Notes: a model not told the origin generated them from the letters alone. Positions 11,337 to 21,205 are shown, counted from the stretch's first letter. The stretch is DNA of 64,000 bases from Nostoc sp. DedSLP01 (GCA_034530875.2 JAVRCJ020000002.1:256001-320000), one strand, 5' to 3'. Numbers and translations are program-made.

Positions 11337-11960
11337 TTGATGGTTTCCATTGCGCTCGAAGATGGATGGTTTCATCAGGTTCTTGGCCAATGTGCTGAGA
11401 ATGGTGGGTTTGTTTTTATTGCGCTATTGGGTGACTTAGGGAACGAACAAGAAATCATCTCATATCGGAGGGTTAGAGAAAATCTAATATTTCCTCTTTC
11501 AGATTACATTGAGGGACAAACTCCGAGTATTTTACACAGATGCGAGGATCTATTTGGAGAAGCAGCTGATGCGCCGTGGGTACGGGCTAGAATTCCAGCC
11601 ATATTTGGTTGTAATATCTTGATAAGCTTATCTGTTCCAGACTACAAGTATGGGCTTGTAGAGCAAACGTTTGTGGCTTGTGAATTAGAGTCAAATGGAG
11701 ACTGGATAGCCTACCCGTTCATCTGCGAAGACTATAATCTTCGCACGGGACTGCGCTTTAATCCAGATGTTTCATTAACTGAGATTTACGAACGTATAGC
11801 TAAAGCGTTTTGGGAACTTTTGCTTCTTGAATATGAAAGTATTTGTGCATTCCGCGATGGCTATCTGCACTATAACGAGATGGACGATGAAGAATGGCAT
11901 AATATAGTATTTAAGGATGGTGAATTCAGCATTGAAATAATAGACCCTGCGTTCATTTAA
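11337..11960 (+). CDS. Hypothetical protein (acidic, 207 aa)
   Basis: Long ORF, no recognised motif. Confidence 0.65.
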   Translation: MMVSIALEDGWFHQVLGQCAENGGFVFIALLGDLGNEQEIISYRRVRENLIFPLSDYIEGQTPSILHRCEDLFGEAADAPWVRARIPAIFGCNILISLSVPDYKYGLVEQTFVACELESNGDWIAYPFICEDYNLRTGLRFNPDVSLTEIYERIAKAFWELLLLEYESICAFRDGYLHYNEMDDEEWHNIVFKDGEFSIEIIDPAFI

Positions 11961-12184
11961 TTATTAGTTGTAGTGGAATTTGGTTGAGTGCGATCGCTAA
12001 TCTTGTAAGTTTGATTGACGCTAGAAAACCTAAGAGAATTTTTCCATTCTCAATGTTAACCGCTTGTATTAATGAAAAGTGCGATCGCACCTCTTACAAA
12101 CTTACTAAACCGTAACTTAGGCAATGTGTTGTTTTGAGGTTTCTTAGACTACCCTAAAGATAGAATTAATAAATTTTCTCTGTT

Positions 12185-12433
12185 ATGAGTGTTGTAATCT
12201 CAGACGAAATTGTACAAGCATCTCAGCTTACTCCAACGGAGTTTTGTCAAGAAATTGCGCTGTTCCTCTTCCAAACAGGACGCTTAACGGTAGGGTACGC
12301 CAGTCAGCTAGCGGATATGCAACCCAATACCTTTCGCCAACTCCTCAAGCAGCGAAACATCCCTCTTTACTCTTACGATGTTGAAGACTTTGAATTGGAT
12401 TTGAAAAACTTGCGAGAGCTTGGAAGACTGTGA
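12185..12433 (+). CDS. UPF0175 family protein (putative antitoxin)
   Basis: 82 aa, EIALFLFQTGRLTVGYASQLA HTH-like segment, acidic tail; GTGA overlap with next gene. Confidence 0.85.
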   Translation: MSVVISDEIVQASQLTPTEFCQEIALFLFQTGRLTVGYASQLADMQPNTFRQLLKQRNIPLYSYDVEDFELDLKNLRELGRL

Positions 12434-12924
12434 TTGTTATCAGCAATACATCAGCAATCACAAATTTAGCAGCAATTCAATACTTGCAACTTTTGCCTCA
12501 ACTCTACACTCAAGTAATCATTCCAGAAGCAGTATATCGTGAGCTTACCGATATCAAGCCTGACGTTCCAGGAACCTCTGAAGTTCAAGCTGCTTCTTGG
12601 TTGGAAATTCGGCAAGTTACAAACTGTGAAACTATTGAACGACTGCGATACGAAGTAAGATTAGATCCTGGAGAGTCTGAGGCAATTGCCCTTGCACTAG
12701 AACTGAGTGCTGATTTGCTATTGATTGATGAGCGTCGAGGTCGAGCAGAAGCTCATCGCCTGGGATTGAGGATTACTGGATTGCTGGGTATTTTGATTGA
12801 GGCGAAACACCAAAATCTCATCATTGCTGTCAAACCGTTGATGGATGCCTTAATTTCTACATCCGAGTTTAGAGTCTCTCCAGCTCTATACAATCAAATT
12901 TTAGATATGGTAGATGAAGTTTGA
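12430..12924 (+). CDS. DUF3368 PIN-like protein (putative toxin)
   Basis: IVISNTS, PEAVYREL, LDPGESEAIALA, LLIDERRGR, GLLGIL. Confidence 0.88.
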   Translation: MIVISNTSAITNLAAIQYLQLLPQLYTQVIIPEAVYRELTDIKPDVPGTSEVQAASWLEIRQVTNCETIERLRYEVRLDPGESEAIALALELSADLLLIDERRGRAEAHRLGLRITGLLGILIEAKHQNLIIAVKPLMDALISTSEFRVSPALYNQILDMVDEV

Positions 12925-12991
12925 AAGATTGTTTTTCATTAGTAGCGATCGCCATTTTTCTAACAACAATTGCTCAATTATCATAAGTATT

Positions 12992-13798
12992 TTACCTTCT
13001 TTGTTCGGTAACTAAAGTTAAGCTAATCCATTCACCTTTGTCGTTATAGCTGCGAATCATTCTCTGGCGGAGATTTGGCTGGATTAACCAACCAGCTTCT
13101 AAAAATAAAGGTTGACGTAATTGGACTTTGAGTGGTGAAGTTGCAGAAGCGCCATCGGGTAGGAATAATACTTGTATCTGCTTTTCAGGATTTTCGTCAA
13201 AGAGAACAATGGAACCCTTGATAGTAGCAGTTGAAGTAATTGTGCGTCCTGCAAAAGAAGTACTTTGAATTAATCGCCCAGCGTTATCTAATTGTAATTT
13301 TAGAGTTGTAGAGTAAATATCAGGCGATCGCAAATCTCGATATATTGTCACTGCTTCACCTTGCCATTCTCCCAACAAGGCATCTAACTGCAAAGGTGGA
13401 CGTTCTGCTGCTGGAGTTCCGGCTAGATATTCTCGAATTAGGGTTATTCCACTGAGATTACCTGTCTTATCAAATAGTTGCACTAGACGTAAGCGGCGAT
13501 TTTCACGAACAAAAGCCAGTTCTCCACCGAATTCGGAAAACGGCCCTATCTGAATTAAACCCTCAGAAAACGAACCATTTTCAAAAAACAGCAAACCTCC
13601 TCCCACAGAACTAAATTCTCTAACTAAATCTCGTCCCGAACGGCTCAAAGTTAAGCGTACTCTTTGGCTATCGTTCAACTGTTCTAAAGAAAGGCGGCTA
13701 GGAGTATCGTTGAGAAGCGTACCTTGGGGAGAAAAATTAGCGAACGAACCTTCCCAAACACCAAGATTTTCTAAAAAACATTCCCACTGCGATTTCAT
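12992..13798 (-). CDS. DUF3598 family protein
   Basis: MKSQWECFLENLGVWEGSF, repeated beta-barrel halves (LLGEWQGEA). The upstream ORF extension is STRR-derived. Confidence 0.75.
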   Translation of the reverse strand: MKSQWECFLENLGVWEGSFANFSPQGTLLNDTPSRLSLEQLNDSQRVRLTLSRSGRDLVREFSSVGGGLLFFENGSFSEGLIQIGPFSEFGGELAFVRENRRLRLVQLFDKTGNLSGITLIREYLAGTPAAERPPLQLDALLGEWQGEAVTIYRDLRSPDIYSTTLKLQLDNAGRLIQSTSFAGRTITSTATIKGSIVLFDENPEKQIQVLFLPDGASATSPLKVQLRQPLFLEAGWLIQPNLRQRMIRSYNDKGEWISLTLVTEQRR

Positions 13799-13838
13799 AA
13801 TTATTTCCTCTCCTCTACCCATGCCCAATGCCCAATAC

Positions 13839-14741
13839 CTATCGTTTAGCAAAACGTCTGACAGCAAATAAGCTTCCCATTAATCCTACAGCTGCACCGA
13901 AGCTCAAAAGAATTAGGGGCAATAATAAAATTTGGGCTGGAGTGAGTTGTATTCCGTTGGTAATAAATTGGATAAACTCAGGCTGATTGGCTAGCAATTT
14001 AGTGAGAAACTGTTGAATTACAGAAATAAAACTCCAAGCGATCGCACCACCAACTAAACCAAAAGTAATTCCTTGTAAAATGAACGGTAGGTAAATCCAA
14101 ACAGAAGTTGCTCCCACTAGTTGCATAATTTCAATTTCCTGGCGTCGCGCCATGACAATCAGGCGAATTGTAGTAGTAGTCACGGCGATCGCTGTTACAG
14201 TCAAAATAATCGTAATTGTTAAAGTAATCCAGTTCAGACCCCGGTGCAACTGAGCAATGCGCCTGACTGCTTCATCGATATACTGCACCGTATCGACTCC
14301 TTGTAACTTAACCAACTGGGTTGCTAAAGTTGGTACTACTTGAGAATTACGCGCTTTCACCTCGATCTCATCAACCAAAGGGTTCTCGCCTAACTGCTGC
14401 GTAACACCCTCAATATCCGAAATTCCCATTTCCTTAACTAACTTACTCCAAGCCTCGTCCTTGGTAATTGTGTGTATTGCGGTTACCTCTGGCATTTTTG
14501 CAATTAGTGGTTCAAGGCTTTGGGCTTGGATATCCGGTTCGAGATAAACTGAGACTTCTAGCTGGCTACCAAACTGGTAGAGAAGCTTTTCGACTTGCCA
14601 AGAAGTTTGCAAACTCAAGCCGAATAAAAATAACAACACCGTCACAGTGCTGACAGCTGCCCAATTCATCCAACCTCCCCGCATTAAACCAAGGAAAGTT
14701 TCTTTGAGCAGATAGTCAAGTTTCGTGAGAGATTTCAACAC
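13839..14741 (-). CDS. ftsX: Cell division ABC permease FtsX
   Basis: TM1, extracellular domain (ENPL), ARRQEIEIMQLVGAT..I..PF, three further TMs. Confidence 0.92.
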   Translation of the reverse strand: MLKSLTKLDYLLKETFLGLMRGGWMNWAAVSTVTVLLFLFGLSLQTSWQVEKLLYQFGSQLEVSVYLEPDIQAQSLEPLIAKMPEVTAIHTITKDEAWSKLVKEMGISDIEGVTQQLGENPLVDEIEVKARNSQVVPTLATQLVKLQGVDTVQYIDEAVRRIAQLHRGLNWITLTITIILTVTAIAVTTTTIRLIVMARRQEIEIMQLVGATSVWIYLPFILQGITFGLVGGAIAWSFISVIQQFLTKLLANQPEFIQFITNGIQLTPAQILLLPLILLSFGAAVGLMGSLFAVRRFAKR

Positions 14742-14918
14742 AAAGCACCCCAGTCAGAAGTCAGAAGTCAGGAGTCAGCAGTCAGAATTAATAATTGATA
14801 ACTCAGAATTCAGAATTCAGCACTCCCTACCTCCCCATTTCCCTATTCCCCACTCCCCACTCCCCAGCTTGATAGAATTAAGTTAGTAGGAATTTTCACC
14901 ATCTAGCCATCAAGACTC

Positions 14919-15482
14919 ATGCCCTCTGAAATTGCTGTCGAGAAAAAAAAGTTAAAAAATCCACCTTTGGAGCTTCATTATTTAGGCGATCGCGTGCTGC
15001 GTCAACCCGCAAAGCGAATTACTAAAGTTGATGATGAACTCCGCAAACTGGTGCGCGAAATGCTGCAAACTATGTACAGCAAAGATGGCATTGGTTTGGC
15101 TGCGCCCCAAGTCGGAATTCACAAACAACTAATTGTCATTGACTTGGAACCAGAAAACGCAGCTAATCAGCCTTTGGTGTTGATTAACCCCACAATTAAA
15201 CAAGTCAGCCGCGACATCTCGGTTGCCCAAGAAGGATGTTTAAGCATTCCCAACGTATACCTTGATGTAAAGCGCCCTGAAGTCGTAGAAATTGCTTATA
15301 AAGACGAATATGGTCGTCCCCAGACTTTAAAGGCTAATGACCTTTTGGGACGCTGCATTCAGCACGAAATGGATCACCTCAATGGTGTGGTATTTGTAGA
15401 CCGTGTAGAAAACTCCTTGACTTTAGCCCAAGAGCTATCTAAAAATGGCTTCTCGTATCAAGCGGTGAAACCAGTAGCATAG
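14919..15482 (+). CDS. def: Peptide deformylase
   Basis: GIGLAAPQVG, EGCLS, QHEMDHLNG. Confidence 0.97.
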   Translation: MPSEIAVEKKKLKNPPLELHYLGDRVLRQPAKRITKVDDELRKLVREMLQTMYSKDGIGLAAPQVGIHKQLIVIDLEPENAANQPLVLINPTIKQVSRDISVAQEGCLSIPNVYLDVKRPEVVEIAYKDEYGRPQTLKANDLLGRCIQHEMDHLNGVVFVDRVENSLTLAQELSKNGFSYQAVKPVA

Positions 15483-15492
15483 GGGAATAGTA

Positions 15493-15696
15493 GTGTATTT
15501 AACTCCAAAAAGCGGTTTGTTTCTGGGTTGTTGTTGTGTAAGTGCGATCGCAGCTGTCGGTTCGATTTTTGAACTCAGTTACGGACAACCAGATTTAGGC
15601 GTTACAACCACGGCAATTATCCTCGCATTGAGTATTCCACTCACAGGATTATTTTTCTTTGCCGCAGTGAGGGACGCAAGGGCTAACATAAAATAA
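15493..15696 (+). CDS. Small two-TM hypothetical membrane protein
   Basis: 67 aa directly after def, GTG start preceded by AGGGG. Confidence 0.7.
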   Translation: MYLTPKSGLFLGCCCVSAIAAVGSIFELSYGQPDLGVTTTAIILALSIPLTGLFFFAAVRDARANIK

Positions 15697-15710
15697 GCAT
15701 CAGGTACATA

Positions 15711-15767
15711 AAAAAGGTAAACGGATGAAATCAGAATACTAACTTCATCCTTTTACCTTTTATTTTT
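15711..15767 (+). terminator. Intrinsic terminator-like hairpin after the def operon
   Basis: AAAAGGTAAA-C-GGATGAA ... TTCATCC-TTTTACCTTTT followed by a T-rich run. Confidence 0.55.
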
Positions 15768-15791
15768 GTTCTGTATCTTCTACTGCGCCGT

Positions 15792-15915
15792 TATACCATT
15801 TCAGTTTAAAAATGATACGCAGAGGGGGCAGAGGGAGCAGGGGAGGTAGGGGAAGAATTCTAACTCCTAACTCAGCACTCAGCACTCGTAAATATAGTTT
15901 TAGTTGTAATGCTAT
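15792..15915. mobile_element. Degenerate MITE-like element (ATACCATTTCA end) carrying STRR repeats
   Basis: Left end TATACCATTTCAGTTTAAAAATGATAC resembles the element at 59727; right end is degenerate. Confidence 0.45.
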
Positions 15916-15977
15916 TGATAAAAATCGTACATCGCGTTAGTCTTCATGGACGTAACTGCACGCTATGATATCAGGCG

Positions 15978-18422
15978 ATGACAAATCAACCCTCCGCGAA
16001 AATTCCTTCTTGCACTTGGAGTCGTCCCATTGGTTTAGGTTGGGACAAACCCTATACTGTCCGCTACGCAAGTAATCTTGATGACGGCCCTTGGCATGGT
16101 ATGCCATTAGGCGGCTTTGGTGCAGGTTGCATCGGTCGTTCTTCGCGGGGAGACTTTAATTTATGGCACATCGATGGCGGCGAACATACCTTCAAAAACT
16201 TTCCCGCCTGTCAATTCAGTGTATTTGAGTCCAATGGTACATCTTCTCAAGCCTACGCTTTATCTACCGAAGCACCTGAAGATGGTACTCTCAAGGCATG
16301 GCAATGGTATTCAGGGAGCAGCGGAGGAGCAGGGAAGGCAGGGGGGGAAATACCCAATGCCCCATCCTCTACTGGCGAATATCATGCCTTATATCCCCGT
16401 AGCTGGTTTGTGTATGAAAATGTTTTCCAAGCACAGTTGGCTTGCGAGCAGTTTTCCCCTATATGGGCAGGGAATTATCAGGAAACTAGCTACCCTGTAG
16501 CGGTATTCCTTTGGAATGCTCGTAACCCCACAAATGCACCTATTACTCTCAGCATCATGCTTACCTGGGAAAATATGGTGGGCTGGTTTACTAATGCTCT
16601 CAAATCTCCGAAAGTACGCGTGCGCGATGATGGTAGTCCAGTTTATGAATATCAACCTCGTTTGCGCGAAAGTCAAGGAAACTACAACCAGAGTGTTGAG
16701 GATAGCCAACATTTTGGTTGTCTTTTAAGTCGAGTTAGCGACGGCAAACCATTACAAGAAGGAGACGGGACTTGGTGTATTGCCACGTTAAAACATCCCA
16801 AAGCTGAAGTATTTTATCACACCCATTTTAATAGTGTTGGTACGGGTGAAGATGTATGGAAAACCTTTGCTGAAGATGGTTCTTTACCTAATTATCAAGA
16901 TACAACTCCAGCAACAGAAAATACACAAATAGGAGCTGCGATCGCACTTCGTTTTACTCTCCAACCAGGCGAAACTCTAGAAATCCCCTTTGTCCTGGCT
17001 TGGGATTTGCCGATTACAGAATTTGCTGCTGGAATCGACTATTATCGCAGATATACAGACTTTTTTGGTCAAGATGGTAATAATGCTTGGACGATCGCAT
17101 CTACTGCCTTAAAAGAATATCAAAACTGGCGATCGCAAATTCAAACTTGGCAACAACCCATTCTCGAACGCCAAGATTTACCAGATTGGTTCAAAATGGC
17201 TTTGTTTAACGAGCTTTACGACCTCACCAGTGGCGGTACTCTCTGGAGTGCAGCATCAAAACTTGACCCCATCGGCCAGTTTGCGGTGCTAGAGTGCTTA
17301 GATTACCGTTGGTATGAAAGTCTAGATGTGCGGTTGTATGGCTCTTTTGCGCTGTTGTTGCTGTTTCCCGAATTAGAAAAGTCTGTGATTCGGGCATTTG
17401 CACGGGCAATTCCCCAAGGCGATGAGACTGGGCGCATCATTGGCTATTATATGACCATCAAAGCCGAAAGTCCTATCGCTGTTCGCAAAGCCTTTGGTGC
17501 AACGCCCCACGATTTAGGCGCACCGAACGAACACGTTTGGGAAAAAACTAATTACACCAGCTATCAAGATTGCAATTTATGGAAAGATTTAGGTAGCGAT
17601 TTTGTATTGCAAGTATACCGAGATTTTCTGCTGACTGGTGCTGAGGATGTGGAATTTTTAGCTGATTGTTGGAATGCCATCGTTGAAACCCTCAACTACC
17701 TGAAAGCTTTTGACTTAGACGGCGATGGGATTCCAGAAAATTCTGGTGCCCCCGACCAAACATTTGATGATTGGCGGTTGCAAGGAGTCAGTGCTTATTG
17801 TGGAGGATTGTGGTTAGCAGCTCTAGAAGCTGCGATCGCTATCAGTAATATTTTATTGGAGAATAATATTGGCGATCGCCAAGATTTGGAAACTCAAAAA
17901 TCCACCTATCAAGCTTGGTTAGAACAATCCCGCCCCATTTACCAAGAAAAACTCTGGAACGGACAATATTATCGACTCGATAGCAAAAGTGGTTCTGATG
18001 TCGTCATGGCAGATCAATTGTGCGGACAGTTTTACGCCCGGTTGCTAGGATTACCTGATATTGTACCGAGCGATCGAGCCTTGTCTGCTTTGAAAACTGT
18101 TTATGATGCCTGTTTTTTGAAATTTTACAACGGTCAATTTGGTGCTGCTAATGGCCTTCGTCCTGACGGTTCCCCAGAAAATCCTAAAGCTACTCATCCT
18201 TTAGAAGTCTGGACAGGAATAAACTTCGGCTTGGCAGCTTTTCTTGCCCAAATGGGAATGAAAGACGAAGCATTCAAGTTAACGCAAGCAGTGGTGCAGC
18301 AAATTTACGACAATGGGCTGCAATTTCGCACGCCTGAAGCTATTACCGCAGCTGGTACTTTTCGCGCTTGCACTTACCTACGCGCTATGGCAATCTGGGG
18401 AATTTACTTAGCGATTAATTGA
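15978..18422 (+). CDS. GH116 glycoside hydrolase (non-lysosomal glucosylceramidase-like)
   Basis: GMPLGGFGAG, ALFNELY, LECLDYRWY, PHDLG, PDQTFDDW, PEA motifs. Confidence 0.92.
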   Translation: MTNQPSAKIPSCTWSRPIGLGWDKPYTVRYASNLDDGPWHGMPLGGFGAGCIGRSSRGDFNLWHIDGGEHTFKNFPACQFSVFESNGTSSQAYALSTEAPEDGTLKAWQWYSGSSGGAGKAGGEIPNAPSSTGEYHALYPRSWFVYENVFQAQLACEQFSPIWAGNYQETSYPVAVFLWNARNPTNAPITLSIMLTWENMVGWFTNALKSPKVRVRDDGSPVYEYQPRLRESQGNYNQSVEDSQHFGCLLSRVSDGKPLQEGDGTWCIATLKHPKAEVFYHTHFNSVGTGEDVWKTFAEDGSLPNYQDTTPATENTQIGAAIALRFTLQPGETLEIPFVLAWDLPITEFAAGIDYYRRYTDFFGQDGNNAWTIASTALKEYQNWRSQIQTWQQPILERQDLPDWFKMALFNELYDLTSGGTLWSAASKLDPIGQFAVLECLDYRWYESLDVRLYGSFALLLLFPELEKSVIRAFARAIPQGDETGRIIGYYMTIKAESPIAVRKAFGATPHDLGAPNEHVWEKTNYTSYQDCNLWKDLGSDFVLQVYRDFLLTGAEDVEFLADCWNAIVETLNYLKAFDLDGDGIPENSGAPDQTFDDWRLQGVSAYCGGLWLAALEAAIAISNILLENNIGDRQDLETQKSTYQAWLEQSRPIYQEKLWNGQYYRLDSKSGSDVVMADQLCGQFYARLLGLPDIVPSDRALSALKTVYDACFLKFYNGQFGAANGLRPDGSPENPKATHPLEVWTGINFGLAAFLAQMGMKDEAFKLTQAVVQQIYDNGLQFRTPEAITAAGTFRACTYLRAMAIWGIYLAIN

Positions 18423-18444
18423 TTGACTCTCAACCGAAATCTTT

Positions 18445-18746
18445 TTACAGCGGTTTTCATCTATTTGAACCACAATTTTCGGTAGGGGCTTTACAGCTGT
18501 CATTGGTGTCAACTTAAAATGAAAGCCAGGTCTGATAAGCATTTCAAAATTTTTCGATATACTACCTAGATTTTCGATCTCCCCTAACCCCCCTTGAAAA
18601 GGGGGGAATTAGAATCTTTTGCCCCCTTTTTAAGGGGGTTGGGGGATCTAAAACCACGGTAAATTGATTGTTTTAGCTTAAGTTGACACGTATGCACAGC
18701 TGTAAAGCCTCTACAACGTGGTCTATTTACCTGAAAATTGCTGTAA
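18445..18746. mobile_element. Nested composite miniature element (outer IR / REP-like hairpin / inner MITE / hairpin cargo)
   Basis: Outer TTACAGCGGTTTTCA...TGAAAATTGCTGTAA. Inner TIRs CATTGGTGTCAACTTAA (18501) and TTAAGTTGACACGTATG (to 18694), flanked by TACAGCTGT/CACAGCTGT. Confidence 0.7.
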
Positions 18747-18820
18747 GGTTCGGTTCAGCCAACAGACACCATAAGTTTCTGCCTCTAGAATATAATTTCC
18801 TCGTAACTGTCATACCACCA

Positions 18821-18834
18821 GTAGCCATTCATAC
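18821..18834 (+). promoter_or_regulatory. Candidate NtcA box GTA-N8-TAC
   Basis: GTAGCCATTCATAC, with a TAN3T (TAACGT) 21 nt downstream. Confidence 0.4.
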
Positions 18835-18838
18835 ACAT

Positions 18839-18867
18839 GTAGAGACGTTGCAATATAACGTCTCTAC
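18839..18867. repeat. REP-like palindrome GTAGAGACGTT...AACGTCTCTAC
   Basis: Perfect 11-bp inverted arms; common cyanobacterial intergenic hairpin. Confidence 0.75.
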
Positions 18868-18889
18868 CAATCATTATTGTAGGTAAATC

Positions 18890-18905
18890 AGGGGTCTTAC
18901 CCCCT
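18890..18905. promoter_or_regulatory. Distal HetR-type binding site
   Basis: AGGGGTCTTACCCCCT; its 13-bp core is identical to the proximal site at 20155. Confidence 0.6.
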
Positions 18906-20154
18906 ATTTCGCAACCATACCTACAAACAAAGCGCTTTCAGCTTGGTCTTTTATAAACCCTAAATTTGTGATTTTATTTTCCGAGTATTTCCGGAAGCCG
19001 AGGAAAATTTCAGTAATGGTAATAGTTGAACTATTGAGAGCTCGAAACAACAGTTTCCAAAAATGCAATTATTACTAGATGTAGCCACATATATTGGTAA
19101 TATTTTCCACGCGATGTTCAGTACAAAACTGAACATATACCAATACCATACTTTTAAACGCCTTGGCTCGGCGAAAATCAAAAATCGCTCAACTATGAAG
19201 TGCTAGCTTTTTGAGGAATTTTTGTAATTCGGATTCATACTATAACCTATGTATAGCTTGTTGTCAACAAATCGATCCATTTGTCTGACAAAGAGAAAAA
19301 ATAGCATAGGCGCACCTCACAGCAGGCTTACTCACTAATTAAGAACCCAACAATTCTGATTTTTGATAGAAGAACTAGCATTTAGAGAATGGTTTAAAAG
19401 TAGTGGGTAAAGTATCCAAAACTTTGGCTCTTCCTAAATCCTCTTTTTAAAGAGGACTTTGAGAGGGTTATTCCCCTGTTAAAAATAAACGGGAGCAAAA
19501 AGATATTAATACGTTGCTACAACTTTATAAGAAGCTTTTTTAGGAATCTTAAATGATTTGTAAAATTATTGTTTGAGGTCGAGAATAAGGGACAGTAAAC
19601 AATAATTTATAAATATACTTTGTTTTTTCACTAATCATTTAAGAGTAGAGCGTTCCAGAGCGCCAACCCAATTTTTCTATAGAGATAAATTACTTTTAAA
19701 TAAATTTAGTAAACAAAGTGACTAATTATCTCAAATACTGTGACAAAAACTTTGAAATTAAATATTTTAAAAATAATTAAAATTGTAACTATTAGAATTT
19801 ACAGAGTATCAATAATTTGAGAATACTTATTTTTTGAAACAATATATGAATGCTACACAGCATTCATAAAAATGCTGACAATATATTTATTAAATAAAAT
19901 CCATTAAAATTTCAAAATTACTTCGTAACAATTTTAAATATTTGTTTGATTACAAGGTTTACTAGCCAAAAGATAAAGTTTAGGTAAATAAGGCTATTTT
20001 TCAAAAAAAATACAAAGAAGATTTTCAATAAATACAGCTAGTGTTTTTTGTAAGGCTGTATTTACTGCTCAACCTAGAAATTGTTTTAATTTCTAGTTAA
20101 TGCTATTATTGTCTAGTCACAAGACAATAGTAAGTGTTTCAAATTGATATTGTC

Positions 20155-20173
20155 TGAGGGGTCTTACCCCTCA
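20155..20173. promoter_or_regulatory. HetR-binding palindrome upstream of hetP
   Basis: TGAGGGGT-CTT-ACCCCTCA, nearly identical to the Anabaena PCC 7120 hetP HetR site as recalled (GAGGGGTCTAACCCCTC); about 515 bp upstream of the ATG. Confidence 0.85.
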
Positions 20174-20688
20174 TTAATTACTAAAGAGGACAATATTAAA
20201 ACTTGCACAATATATAAGTAAATATTGAGTTTCAACAGATAGATTTGGCTGATAAATCTGTTATATTAGCAGAGGACATTAGCAGCGAAAGATAGTATAA
20301 ATGCGATGGCTTTATCAGCGCTTAAAAATAAATGTTTTTTTCTGATAGTCTAAAAAAATTGAAAATTTGCCGGACATGGCTTATTTTTATTCGTAATAGT
20401 TGATACGAGCGAAATCCAGATAAATTTATTGAATTAGGATCTGATAATTTTTCAGGGGTTAATACTGCATCTACCAATAGCTAAAACGAGACTTTAAAGC
20501 TGCGATCGCTAATTATAACTTGGGAAACTTATCTGTCATTAAAATCCAAGAGTGCCCTAATACGATTAATTATTTTCCCAAAAGATTAAACAGCTGTAAA
20601 AAGCCTAGTGCAGTTTGTAAGCCTCAATTGAAACACCAACAATTGCACAAACCAAACTAGTTTACTTAACCCAAGAGAACTTAAGACT

Positions 20689-21075
20689 ATGAATCAAGAC
20701 ATTGCTAGCATTAGTGGTAATTTAGATCGGACAATGAAAGCTCAACAATTTGATAAAGTAGTTGAAGCAATTCTTGCCGGAAAGTATTCCTGGGCATGTG
20801 TTTTAATGCTGCGATTTGCTGGTTATAACCCACTGCATTACATTCCGTACCGTACCTATAATCGATTGCTGAAAGAAAATTCTCAAGACACCAGAATCAA
20901 CCAACAGCAAAGTGAAAATATAAAACTGCTCAAACAGTCTAACGATTCCCGATCTGAAAACAATGTATCGTCGAATCCCTTAAATAAAATTAAAGATAGA
21001 ACTTATCTCGAAGTAGTGGGAAAGCAAAAAACAGAAATCTGCGGTGGTAGTTTAGATCGAAGATTAGCACAGTAA
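20689..21075 (+). CDS. hetP: HetP family heterocyst commitment protein
   Basis: [46 protein letters not shown], plus the upstream HetR site. Confidence 0.88.
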   Translation: MNQDIASISGNLDRTMKAQQFDKVVEAILAGKYSWACVLMLRFAGYNPLHYIPYRTYNRLLKENSQDTRINQQQSENIKLLKQSNDSRSENNVSSNPLNKIKDRTYLEVVGKQKTEICGGSLDRRLAQ

Positions 21076-21205
21076 ATTACCGCAATTTCAATAGAACCAA
21101 AAATCAAACCCAAAGTACTCAGCACAATTGTTTGAGATACTGTGGATGCAATTAAAAAATATTTTGTATTCATTTTACCTGAGGCTTGATTGAGTCTCTA
21201 AGATA

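Noticed and set aside
13799..13867. DUF3598 extension overlapping ftsX
   Set aside because: Encoded by STRR and ftsX overlap sequence; the family-like sequence starts at 13798.
18803..18815. Second NtcA box GTAACTGTCATAC
   Set aside because: Spacer is 7 nt rather than 8.
18683..19181. Track ORFs 18683-18886 (+) and 18960-19181 (-) as genes
   Set aside because: The first is built partly from repeat/MITE sequence; neither has motifs or a convincing start.
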